Counted from the stretch's first letter, positions 28,680 through 36,410 are shown. The stretch: DNA of 60,424 nt from a virus (IMGVR_UViG_3300030329_003758:1-60424), one strand, 5' to 3'. Translations and numbers: made by a program. The notes: a model not told the origin generated them from the letters alone.

Positions 28680-28723
28680 AAGAAAACCCCCACCGGAAAT
28701 GAATCCGATGGGGGTTCTTTTTT
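28680..28723. terminator. Bidirectional intrinsic terminator
   Basis: AAGAA-AACCCCCA-CCGGA...TCCGA-TGGGGGTT-CTTTTTT between convergent genes. Confidence 0.8.
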
Positions 28724-28760
28724 AGGCTTGTTTTTAGATCAGGTCATGCCTGACAAAAAC

Positions 28761-29633
28761 TCACGCAACACTACCAAGCCTACTAAGGGCAGTAAGGACA
28801 CGAGCAGACTTGAGATCTTTGGTCGAGTCTTTCAGGTTCGTAAGAGTCTTGTTGAAGATAGACTCATAGTGTTGAACCTTAGCCTGTAGATCTGCTGCAG
28901 CATCATTCTGCGTAGTCTTACCTCTCTTAGTCTTAGCCTTACTAAGACGCTCACGGATCTGGCCCATTTCAGACTCAACATTCTGGGCAAGCCAGTCCAT
29001 TGCCATGTTCACCAGATTATCATCCATCAAAGTACGCGGACCATAGATCTTGTTTCGTCGACTTGGAGAAGCACCCTCTACAACAGATACAACCTTATCC
29101 CAAAGGGCCAATGAGTCTTGTGGAACCCAATAGATTCCACCCGTCTCACGTAGACAGATACCATTGGCTTCTCTCGAAACAATGGCCTTCAGTGAACGTG
29201 CAACATTATCACGGGGTACTTTGTCCAACTCACGCCAGAACAAGTCACGGACAGAGTGAGCATGGGTTGGATCTGGGATCAAGTCTCCAGTATCTGGATC
29301 CATGAAGGAAATACCATCACCAGGACCAACATCCAGCTCAACACTGAATAGTTTGTTGTAGTCCAAACCTGACTTGTTTTCTCCCGAGCTAATCTCTTGT
29401 ACAACCTGGAAACCCTTACGCGGAGATTCCAGCTTACGTACCAGACAACGCCTTGAACCATAGACTTCAACAAGAGCAGACTTGAGACTCATAAGAACAG
29501 ATTGCTCTGCAGGTATGTACTGAGCCAAGTCAAGATTCTCAAAGCCTTCTTCTAGAGCTTTAAACTCAGAGTCATTTCCAAGTGACCAGAAGACGATTCG
29601 ACCGTTGACACCAAATGTAGTTTGCTTGTTCAT
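28761..29633 (-). CDS. DUF6744/DUF3150-like protein (290 aa)
   Basis: Start revised to ATG 29633 (AAGGAAAG RBS); GRIVFWSL, GICLRETGGIYWVP, C-terminal coiled coil; neighbour of AAA/VWA genes. Confidence 0.75.
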   Translation of the reverse strand: MNKQTTFGVNGRIVFWSLGNDSEFKALEEGFENLDLAQYIPAEQSVLMSLKSALVEVYGSRRCLVRKLESPRKGFQVVQEISSGENKSGLDYNKLFSVELDVGPGDGISFMDPDTGDLIPDPTHAHSVRDLFWRELDKVPRDNVARSLKAIVSREANGICLRETGGIYWVPQDSLALWDKVVSVVEGASPSRRNKIYGPRTLMDDNLVNMAMDWLAQNVESEMGQIRERLSKAKTKRGKTTQNDAAADLQAKVQHYESIFNKTLTNLKDSTKDLKSARVLTALSRLGSVA

Positions 29634-29728
29634 TTTACTTTTCTTTCCTTTCTTTTGTTTTGATACAGAACAGGATTGTTTGTACCCATCGACCCACCGG
29701 GCAGAACCCGATGGATCGAAAGTTACCG

Positions 29729-31195
29729 TCAATCCTCCACTCGAACGGTTCGCATCCAGTCTGGGGTATCTTCATCTACCCAACGACCAACAAGGCAACA
29801 GATGATACGAACATTTCGTGGAGCCTTCTCAGGCCAATCAGTCCAACCGTCAGTAAAGACAACAATGATATCAGGGCAAGGCCGCTGTTCCATAGTAGCC
29901 TTGATACCAACCCTCATGTCAGTACCTCCACCACCTTCTACCTTTAGGTCAGAGATCCTAGTTAGTTTGGACACTCCATAGGACACAGAATCACAACAGC
30001 AGTATGTGATCTTTGCCATGGGATCGATGGTTCGCATGATCCCTTGCGCCTCACTACCTGCAGCTCGAAGCTCTTCTCCTGACATAGAACCAGACGTATC
30101 AAACACCATTGCAATGTCAGGTACAGGTTCAACATCACCGGGCAAGATACAGTCTGGCATTTCCCTACGTGACCTAACCCTATAGCTCTTGTCATATTGA
30201 CCACGAGCCCATGTGTCGCAGTTTCTAAACATAGACATGAAGGTACGCTTCCAGTTGATCTTAGGTGGAGTGAGTAGTTGTTCCAATAGAATCAACATTC
30301 CAGCCGGGGCATCACCCCTTTGCTTTTCAGTAAGAGACTTAGCTTTGATTGCAATCTTCTGTCGGATGACTTCCTGGTCTTCAGGCAAAGTACCAACACC
30401 AGATTCATCTGGAGGTGGAAGCTCATACCCACGTTCTTGTCCATCCACACCAGACCCACAGTCACCATTGGCAACACCGGGGCTGTTAGACGATCCCTTA
30501 CCAGAAGATCCATCATTAGAAGAGTCTTCAGATCCACCTGAATCAGATTCGCCTTGATCTGAATCGTCAGATTGTTCAGAACTATCACCCGGAAGGGTTG
30601 AATCGGACTCTTCTTCACTTTTCAATCCGGGTTCACCTTCTGGACCTGACTTATCTTCTTCTTCTTCCTGCTCATCACGCTGTTCTTTCCAGTAGCGTGC
30701 ATACCATTCCATGGTCTTACCCGTAGGAACATCCATCCATACGCCTTCAACCTCAAGCTGATACCTCCATCCATGATTGGCATTACACCAGACTGGGAGG
30801 ATCCCTCCAGCGATCCCATCCAATAGTTCAATCAGCTTGGGTTCATCATTGATCTCCATATCAGCAAAGATATTGCCTAACCGTGGAGATAATCCCAATG
30901 CTGCCATACGTTCCATGTGTCGCATGAGTGGATGCAATGCTTCATGGGCAACAACTCCAGCTCTTTGTCTAGTGGTAAGGGTAGCCCACCATGTTGGGTT
31001 GATGTAGACACGACAGTACTTGTCGACACCAGCAGTACCTGCTTTAGGTTCGACAATGAAGTCAAGTGCTCCGATTATATCGAACCACCAGTCGAATGTA
31101 TGGATAGCAAGTAGTCTCGCTGAGCGAGTGCTTTCCAAGCATTGCGCAGCAAGTAGCTTTACTTCTTCTTCTGGGGCTATGTGTTGAGTCTGCAT
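29729..31195 (-). CDS. HExxH metallopeptidase-like domain + acidic linker + VWA-like domain (DUF2201-type)
   Basis: TAGVD..., GVVAHEALH, NIFADMEIND; CGSG; KINWKR; MIDAS DTSGSMS; GGGGTDM; IVVFTDG. Confidence 0.92.
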   Translation of the reverse strand: MQTQHIAPEEEVKLLAAQCLESTRSARLLAIHTFDWWFDIIGALDFIVEPKAGTAGVDKYCRVYINPTWWATLTTRQRAGVVAHEALHPLMRHMERMAALGLSPRLGNIFADMEINDEPKLIELLDGIAGGILPVWCNANHGWRYQLEVEGVWMDVPTGKTMEWYARYWKEQRDEQEEEEDKSGPEGEPGLKSEEESDSTLPGDSSEQSDDSDQGESDSGGSEDSSNDGSSGKGSSNSPGVANGDCGSGVDGQERGYELPPPDESGVGTLPEDQEVIRQKIAIKAKSLTEKQRGDAPAGMLILLEQLLTPPKINWKRTFMSMFRNCDTWARGQYDKSYRVRSRREMPDCILPGDVEPVPDIAMVFDTSGSMSGEELRAAGSEAQGIMRTIDPMAKITYCCCDSVSYGVSKLTRISDLKVEGGGGTDMRVGIKATMEQRPCPDIIVVFTDGWTDWPEKAPRNVRIICCLVGRWVDEDTPDWMRTVRVED

Positions 31196-31225
31196 TTGAG
31201 TTTCCTTTTTGGTTTGTTGGTTTGT

Positions 31226-32488
31226 TTAGTGTTGAATACGGAAAATGTTGGTGAGGTTCCATCCATCTTGGATGGTGGTTTCTGTAGAGTCACCAAGAAA
31301 CAGCTCTACTTGTTTCCTGGTTACTTGACGCTTACGGGGACGCCATGAGTAGTTCACTGCCACTGGCCCACGCTTACAGTCAGCAAAGAAAAGCTTATCT
31401 GTACTATTCCAAGCCAGAACACGAGTAGGTCTGTTGGAGTAGGCCATTTCAAGTAGCTGCATCCAACTTTCTTGTAGTGTGCTACCCAGCTTTACCAGTT
31501 CATTCCATTCATTGATGGCTTCATCACACATGTTGAAATCAAACCAAGTTAGAACATCCTTTTCTGGGGCTGTCGCTTCACTACCTACTTGACCTCGACT
31601 CTTTGGGTCCGCTGCAAGTATTATTGAGCGTCTCCCATGGTATCCCTCTTCATCAGTCTGAGCCCATAGAAGTCGGGTTCTTAGATAGAGACGAACCCAG
31701 ACACGCGGATGCATTGTTCCGAACCCACCGCCCCAACACTCAGCACGCCAGAGAAGACTTCTCCATGTCTCGTAGCATTCATGCAATACAGAATGGTATC
31801 GATCCTCAATAGTTGTGTTGGTGTATGCATTGTTCCAGATTGAAGTGTCACGTATGTAGTCCAGATCATGAGGTCTGAAACCATAGCCAGTAGCCAACTT
31901 AGCCATTGAACCCCTGGCAACCACTACACGTTGAATCCAACCTGGAAGCTTTGCCTTTTCAGAATCACTTAGATTCCTTAGACCATTCCGTGGGTTCTCC
32001 ATAGCTTTGTTATAGAGACGCTTGATCTCAGCACACCTATGCTCAGATTTATTTGCATTGGTTCGATGGCTGTTTCCACCACCAAGCCTACTCAAAGCCT
32101 GGAGTACTTGGGTTTTCTTTTCATCGTCATTATCAATGTCATGGGCATGGAGAATCATCTCACCACTGGGCAAGATGGAGATCTCATGGTGTGCTCCATT
32201 GCACTTACAACGACTGTTCTCATATCCATCAACAAACCCAAGCTTGTTGAAGGCAACCATGTCCTTCTTCTTCCCACCTGGATTAGCTACAGATACATAG
32301 TTGTTAGTAGTCGTAGCAATGTGGGAAGCAATCCCATCGAATGACCTAATCTTATATGTATCTCTAATATTAGAGTCAGCCATTAGGATCTTAGCAAAGT
32401 ACTTTCTATCGATAGCTCCTGGTCTTTCAATAGTATCTATCTTTGCCATTTCATACTTCTTTCGATTTGCGATTTGTCTTTTGTTCAT
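31226..32488 (-). CDS. Hypothetical early protein (420 aa) with Cys/His motif
   Basis: AAGGT RBS; RCKCNGAHHEISI...LHAH...LGG...RC possible metal-binding motif. Confidence 0.8.
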   Translation of the reverse strand: MNKRQIANRKKYEMAKIDTIERPGAIDRKYFAKILMADSNIRDTYKIRSFDGIASHIATTTNNYVSVANPGGKKKDMVAFNKLGFVDGYENSRCKCNGAHHEISILPSGEMILHAHDIDNDDEKKTQVLQALSRLGGGNSHRTNANKSEHRCAEIKRLYNKAMENPRNGLRNLSDSEKAKLPGWIQRVVVARGSMAKLATGYGFRPHDLDYIRDTSIWNNAYTNTTIEDRYHSVLHECYETWRSLLWRAECWGGGFGTMHPRVWVRLYLRTRLLWAQTDEEGYHGRRSIILAADPKSRGQVGSEATAPEKDVLTWFDFNMCDEAINEWNELVKLGSTLQESWMQLLEMAYSNRPTRVLAWNSTDKLFFADCKRGPVAVNYSWRPRKRQVTRKQVELFLGDSTETTIQDGWNLTNIFRIQH

Positions 32489-32501
32489 TTGAGTTTACCT
32501 T

Positions 32502-32579
32502 TTAGATTAGTGTGAATAGGATTTTGTAGAAGTAGTAAGTACCAGCGATGATGATGTAGATGTTTAGAACGTCAATCAT
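32502..32579 (-). CDS. 25-aa hydrophobic micro-peptide (not in ORF track)
   Basis: MIDVLNIYIIIAGTYYFYKILFTLI*; start overlaps the upstream stop (TAATG); stop abuts the next RBS. Confidence 0.6.
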   Translation of the reverse strand: MIDVLNIYIIIAGTYYFYKILFTLI

Positions 32580-33484
32580 TATCTGCCCCTGCCAAACACA
32601 CTTATTCGAGGCAAGTACTCAATGGTTCCATCACGATAAAGCCTTACCAGTAGGTCACCATGTGAGAGTGTGTCGAATGTTCCTGATTGGACAAAGTAGA
32701 TGTAGTCGGAATCCTCCAAAGTGTCGGCTTCAGTCCAAAGGGCACCACGCTTTTCACATAGTGGGATTGCTTCTCTTATTTCTTCCCAATGACCCCTAGC
32801 GTAATCTCCATTGACGCCAGAAACGTATCTTCTGTTTTTACGAGTGGGCCATTCATCACCTTCAAACCAGTTCATGATTTGGAGATACGCAGCAGCTCGT
32901 TCAGGATGCATTCGAGTACGAGCATTAGATGGTCTACTGAACAGTGAGTCAAACTGTGATTCAGGGTTTGAAAACTTCTTTAGTTTGTTCTGTAGGATCC
33001 AACCAAGTCTCATAGATTGTGACTGGTATTCATATATTGGACAGTCTGGTGACTTTCCTTTCAACATCCAAGAGTCTTGGTCTTGTTTCTTCCAAACTTC
33101 TGCACTCTCTTTACAGACAGACAAATGATCACAACCTGAAAAGTTGTTCTCACGACGGAAGCTCTCACGTTCTTTCTTCACTGCATATGCAGATCTAATA
33201 AACTCTTTGAGTGCTTCAGGTAGGATACCTCTTGGGTGAGTATATACAACACCATCGAACTGCCAGACTGCTCTTTTGAGAGCACCATAAAACTCCTCTT
33301 TGATTACTTTGCATCTACCTTCATTACATTCAACACGCTCACCATCGACAAGCTTGTATGTATGGATACGATTGTTCTCCACGCTGATATAGTGCTTCTT
33401 TTTACCTTTCACATTTCTGTTGTAGTGACTGTATTGAGGGCTACACATTGTAGTAGCTTTAATCTTGATATCTTTGGGGTTCAT
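32579..33484 (-). CDS. Hypothetical early protein (301 aa)
   Basis: GAAGGAAAGTAAATG start context shared with neighbouring genes. Confidence 0.8.
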   Translation of the reverse strand: MNPKDIKIKATTMCSPQYSHYNRNVKGKKKHYISVENNRIHTYKLVDGERVECNEGRCKVIKEEFYGALKRAVWQFDGVVYTHPRGILPEALKEFIRSAYAVKKERESFRRENNFSGCDHLSVCKESAEVWKKQDQDSWMLKGKSPDCPIYEYQSQSMRLGWILQNKLKKFSNPESQFDSLFSRPSNARTRMHPERAAAYLQIMNWFEGDEWPTRKNRRYVSGVNGDYARGHWEEIREAIPLCEKRGALWTEADTLEDSDYIYFVQSGTFDTLSHGDLLVRLYRDGTIEYLPRISVFGRGR

Positions 33485-33655
33485 TTACTTTCCTTCTTTG
33501 TTTGATTGTTGGATTGATTCTTCATCTTCAATAAGGCAGTCCTGACCGCCAAGTACAAACTTGTTGTCACGCACTTCCCATAGCTCCATGCATCCCTGGC
33601 ATTGACAGTAGATGTCACCTGAACAGGGCTCTTGATATTTATTTAGCTCTTTCAT
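33485..33655 (-). CDS. 56-aa Cys-rich protein (not in ORF track)
   Basis: MKELNKYQEPCSGDIYCQCQGCMELWEVRDNKFVLGGQDCLIEDEESIQQSNKEGK*; AAAGGAAAGTAAATG start context; TAA is immediately followed by the next ATG. Confidence 0.75.
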   Translation of the reverse strand: MKELNKYQEPCSGDIYCQCQGCMELWEVRDNKFVLGGQDCLIEDEESIQQSNKEGK

Positions 33656-33737
33656 TTACTTTCCTTTATTGTTTGGGTTTGACACTGATTAGCATCATTG
33701 GATGCATCGAATCTCTCCGATGCATCCTAGTTGTCAA

Positions 33738-34862
33738 TCAGGTGAGTCCAGCATCTTGCAAGATGTCAAACAACGCTTCCACATCGGGCAAGGTTCCGTT
33801 CCAACCCTTGGGGCTTCCAGCTTTGGCAAGGTCAATACAAGCCAGGGATGCATAGTCGGCATGTCCTGTTTCATACAGGGTTCCGATTAGATCCCAACAA
33901 GCCTGGACATTCTGACAAGTAAACTCACCATCGGAAAGTGTACCTGCAACACAAGCCTTGGCCATAGTCAGGATCTGATCTCCACGCTTGGGCCAGTTAG
34001 GACTGTGTTGGTTGACCCTACCAGAAAGAACATCACGCCAATCTGGAATGTCTTGTTGCTTCTCCCAGTTTACATACTTGAGAGCCAGTTCTTCTCCAAT
34101 GCAACCAGCCAATAGAATCATACGTGCTTCCATATGTCCGGTTCCTTTGCATAGAGCATTGTAGAGAGCAACATGTGTCCATTGTCTTGGACATGGTGCA
34201 GCTAAATGTGCTTCTGCTGCATCCTGGTCAAGGTATTCAGGAGCGCTCCGAATGAACGCGGATACCATCACACGTTCTTGGGGAATACGGTCAGTCCAGG
34301 ATGAATCAAACTCAACAACGTCTATGTTTTCAAACCCAGACTCATTGCCATCGGCCCATGCATTGGCATCTACATCAGCATTAATACAACAGACACGCTT
34401 TCTTACTGGGATTGACATGGCTCCACCAGTAGTAGAGATTTCAGGTGGATTCCCAGCACCACATAGTGCAGTCAATAGTGGAAGTTGTTCGATTCCAAAT
34501 GTCTTCCCACAGAACACAGGATGTACTGCACGCTGGACAGATGGAACAAGATCACAGACTTCATCAAAGAAGACAATGCATGAACCCTCGGGCAAGTCCA
34601 GAATGGAACGGACATATGCATCTGGATAGAAACGCATGGTTCCGGTTGTATGGTCGGGTACACCATAGCCTGAGATATCTTCAGCACACTTACCAGACAT
34701 CTCAAACCCAAAGAGCTTCTTACGCATGGCCTTTGCGATGGCTTTGGTAACTGCAGTTTTACCAATACCAGACCTTCCAATGATTATGATGGGTGGAAGC
34801 TCAGGATGATGAAACTGTCCGATAATAGCGATCTGATACGCAAGAAGTTGGTTCTTGTTCAC
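33738..34862 (-). CDS. MoxR-like AAA+ ATPase
   Basis: GRSGIGKT Walker A, EDISGY, IVFFDE Walker B, PSVQRA, GAGNP, PCPRQW. Confidence 0.9.
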   Translation of the reverse strand: MNKNQLLAYQIAIIGQFHHPELPPIIIIGRSGIGKTAVTKAIAKAMRKKLFGFEMSGKCAEDISGYGVPDHTTGTMRFYPDAYVRSILDLPEGSCIVFFDEVCDLVPSVQRAVHPVFCGKTFGIEQLPLLTALCGAGNPPEISTTGGAMSIPVRKRVCCINADVDANAWADGNESGFENIDVVEFDSSWTDRIPQERVMVSAFIRSAPEYLDQDAAEAHLAAPCPRQWTHVALYNALCKGTGHMEARMILLAGCIGEELALKYVNWEKQQDIPDWRDVLSGRVNQHSPNWPKRGDQILTMAKACVAGTLSDGEFTCQNVQACWDLIGTLYETGHADYASLACIDLAKAGSPKGWNGTLPDVEALFDILQDAGLT

Positions 34863-34928
34863 TTTACTTTCCTTTGTTTGGTTTGTTTAGTTGTGAAGTG
34901 GGGTCAGAAGAAACTAACCCCACAGTCC

Positions 34929-34957
34929 AATGTGCTCTGTTTGACGTCACTTGTCAA
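34929..34957 (-). promoter_or_regulatory. Putative promoter of the AAA/VWA operon, with TGACGTCA palindrome in the spacer
   Basis: TTGACA-17 bp-CACATT; spacer contains GTGACGTCA, also present at 37096-37107. Confidence 0.55.
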
Positions 34958-34970
34958 ATAATTCGAGTTT

Positions 34971-35049
34971 TCCCAGTGATTTCAAGTAGTTACAGCGGCG
35001 ACCAAAAACTGTCCGCGGGGCGCGTTTCGCTAAGTACCTGAAATCACTG
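34971..35049. repeat. Inverted pair of 19-bp IHF-site-like motifs
   Basis: CAGTGATTTCAAGTAGTTA (34974-34992) and TAAGTACCTGAAATCACTG (35031-35049), 17/19 complementary. Confidence 0.8.
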
Positions 35050-35138
35050 CATTTTTCGGCCCGACCCTCTGCGAGAAGCCCCAATATAAGATTTCAACCC
35101 TAAACAGGGACTATTCCCTCGCAATACTACAACCATAG

Positions 35139-35190
35139 ATTAGCGCTGATACATAGCCGCCAATATTAGCGCTGATATATTGCCGCCAAT
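35139..35190. repeat. 26-bp tandem repeat, two copies
   Basis: ATTAGCGCTGATACATAGCCGCCAAT and ATTAGCGCTGATATATTGCCGCCAAT (24/26). Confidence 0.85.
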
Positions 35191-35280
35191 GGTTGAGGCA
35201 TGCCCCGTGCTGCCCATGCCCGGGACCGAGCCCATGTGCTGCGCATGCCCCGGATCGCCCCCATATCCGCGGGAGGAAAA

Positions 35281-35379
35281 GGGCGTTACCACACCAGGAG
35301 TCGGCAGCCCCCCCTTAACCTCACCTACTTGATGATAGGTCCGTCTCAGGGCGTTACCACCCCCGAGGGGCGTTACCAC
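35281..35379. repeat. Three direct copies of the 12-mer GGGCGTTACCAC
   Basis: Exact copies at 35281, 35349 and 35368. Confidence 0.85.
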
Positions 35380-35473
35380 CTCCTAGCCCTCCCTCTGCCC
35401 TCGTACCTTCCGCACCCACCTTGGGCTAAGAAGGGGAGGGAGGCCACCTCTCGGTGACCCCCCGTCTCCTCTC

Positions 35474-35674
35474 TCAGTCGTCATCCACTAAGTAATCAAT
35501 CATCCGCATGAGTCTCTCTTCTTTGTACCGACTGACTTCTGCATCGATTTTTATCTCGATCTCCTTACGGTGTCTGTCCTTTGGGTCGCATCCACACATC
35601 GTTCCACCAGCGGCATAGTGTCCGCTAGTGACTCGTGTGCAGAGATTACAAATAGGGCAGTATCCATTGGGCAT
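35474..35674 (-). CDS. Small Cys-rich (zinc-finger-like) early protein (66 aa)
   Basis: Start revised to ATG 35674 (AAGGAGG RBS); CPICNLC...H...CGC. Confidence 0.7.
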   Translation of the reverse strand: MPNGYCPICNLCTRVTSGHYAAGGTMCGCDPKDRHRKEIEIKIDAEVSRYKEERLMRMIDYLVDDD

Positions 35675-35744
35675 GATGCCCTCCTTTCTTGGGTTGTGTG
35701 GGGAGCGGAGCATCATTGCCCCGCCCCCCGGTTGTTGAAGTTAG

Positions 35745-36032
35745 CTACGCTTCATTGACGACAAGCTTGGTACACGCAGTGAGCAGCCTCTTAAAGTCTG
35801 CCTTGCGCCTCTCTTCCAGCCTCTTCAGTTTCCATTCGTAGCGGGTAGGCATGCGAGTTGTTGGATACTCACCTTTATCTACCATCTCAGAAGAGGCTAG
35901 GATCTCGACGGGTTCATCATTCTCCCGCCTCTGCATAGCCTTCTTTCTTGCACTGTCTCTCAGTGCAGCAAGAAGGTCCATTGCCAAGCCAGCGGCTTCC
36001 TCCGTCAAGTTCTCCATACTAGGGTCGATCAT
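35745..36032 (-). CDS. Hypothetical early protein (95 aa)
   Basis: TGGAGTAAGCTATG start context, identical to that of 36130-36312. Confidence 0.75.
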   Translation of the reverse strand: MIDPSMENLTEEAAGLAMDLLAALRDSARKKAMQRRENDEPVEILASSEMVDKGEYPTTRMPTRYEWKLKRLEERRKADFKRLLTACTKLVVNEA

Positions 36033-36119
36033 AGCTTACTCCAGTGAGGCTATTGCCTCGTTTATCCCGTGCGTTATTGCAGGGAAGATGGAGCGGGGGA
36101 GGGTGCTGTCCCCTCCCCC
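36033..36119 (-). ncRNA. Structured leader element, copy A
   Basis: GGGGGAGGG-GACAGCA-CCCTCCCCC; CTCCA; TCCC-TGC-AATAAC-GCA-C-GGGA; TAAAC; GAGGC-AATA-GCCTC; AC-TGGAG. Confidence 0.7.
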
Positions 36120-36129
36120 TTGGTTGCAT

Positions 36130-36312
36130 CTATCGATGCGGGTGGGAGTTGAGATAGATTGAGGCTGTAACGCTCAACTGTCCCAACTTGTGGTTAGTGA
36201 AGCACTCACTACACACCTTATTGCCCCGGATTAGCATCCAGGTGTTGGGTGGGTAAGGGTGCTTGCATGGACTGTCTAAGTCCTTCTTAGTTACGGGTTT
36301 GAAATAACCCAT
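36130..36312 (-). CDS. Small zinc-finger-like early protein (60 aa)
   Basis: GGAG RBS; CKH...VCSEC. Confidence 0.7.
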   Translation of the reverse strand: MGYFKPVTKKDLDSPCKHPYPPNTWMLIRGNKVCSECFTNHKLGQLSVTASIYLNSHPHR

Positions 36313-36403
36313 AGCTTACTCCAAATGGGGCTTAGCCCCGGCTTATCCCTGCGGTATTGCAAGGAAGGCAAGGAGAGGGGGGCAGGTATTGTCCCTGCCC
36401 CCC
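36313..36403 (-). ncRNA. Structured leader element, copy B
   Basis: GGGGGGCAGG-GACAATA-CCTGCCCCCC; CTCC; TCCTTGC-AATACC-GCAGGGA; TAAGCC; GGGGC-TAA-GCCCC; ATT-TGGAG. Confidence 0.7.
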
Positions 36404-36410
36404 AGTGCTT

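Noticed and set aside
35139-35379. Mini CRISPR array
   Set aside because: The 26-bp units are directly tandem with no spacer, and the 12-mers are too short and irregularly spaced (68 and 19 bp).
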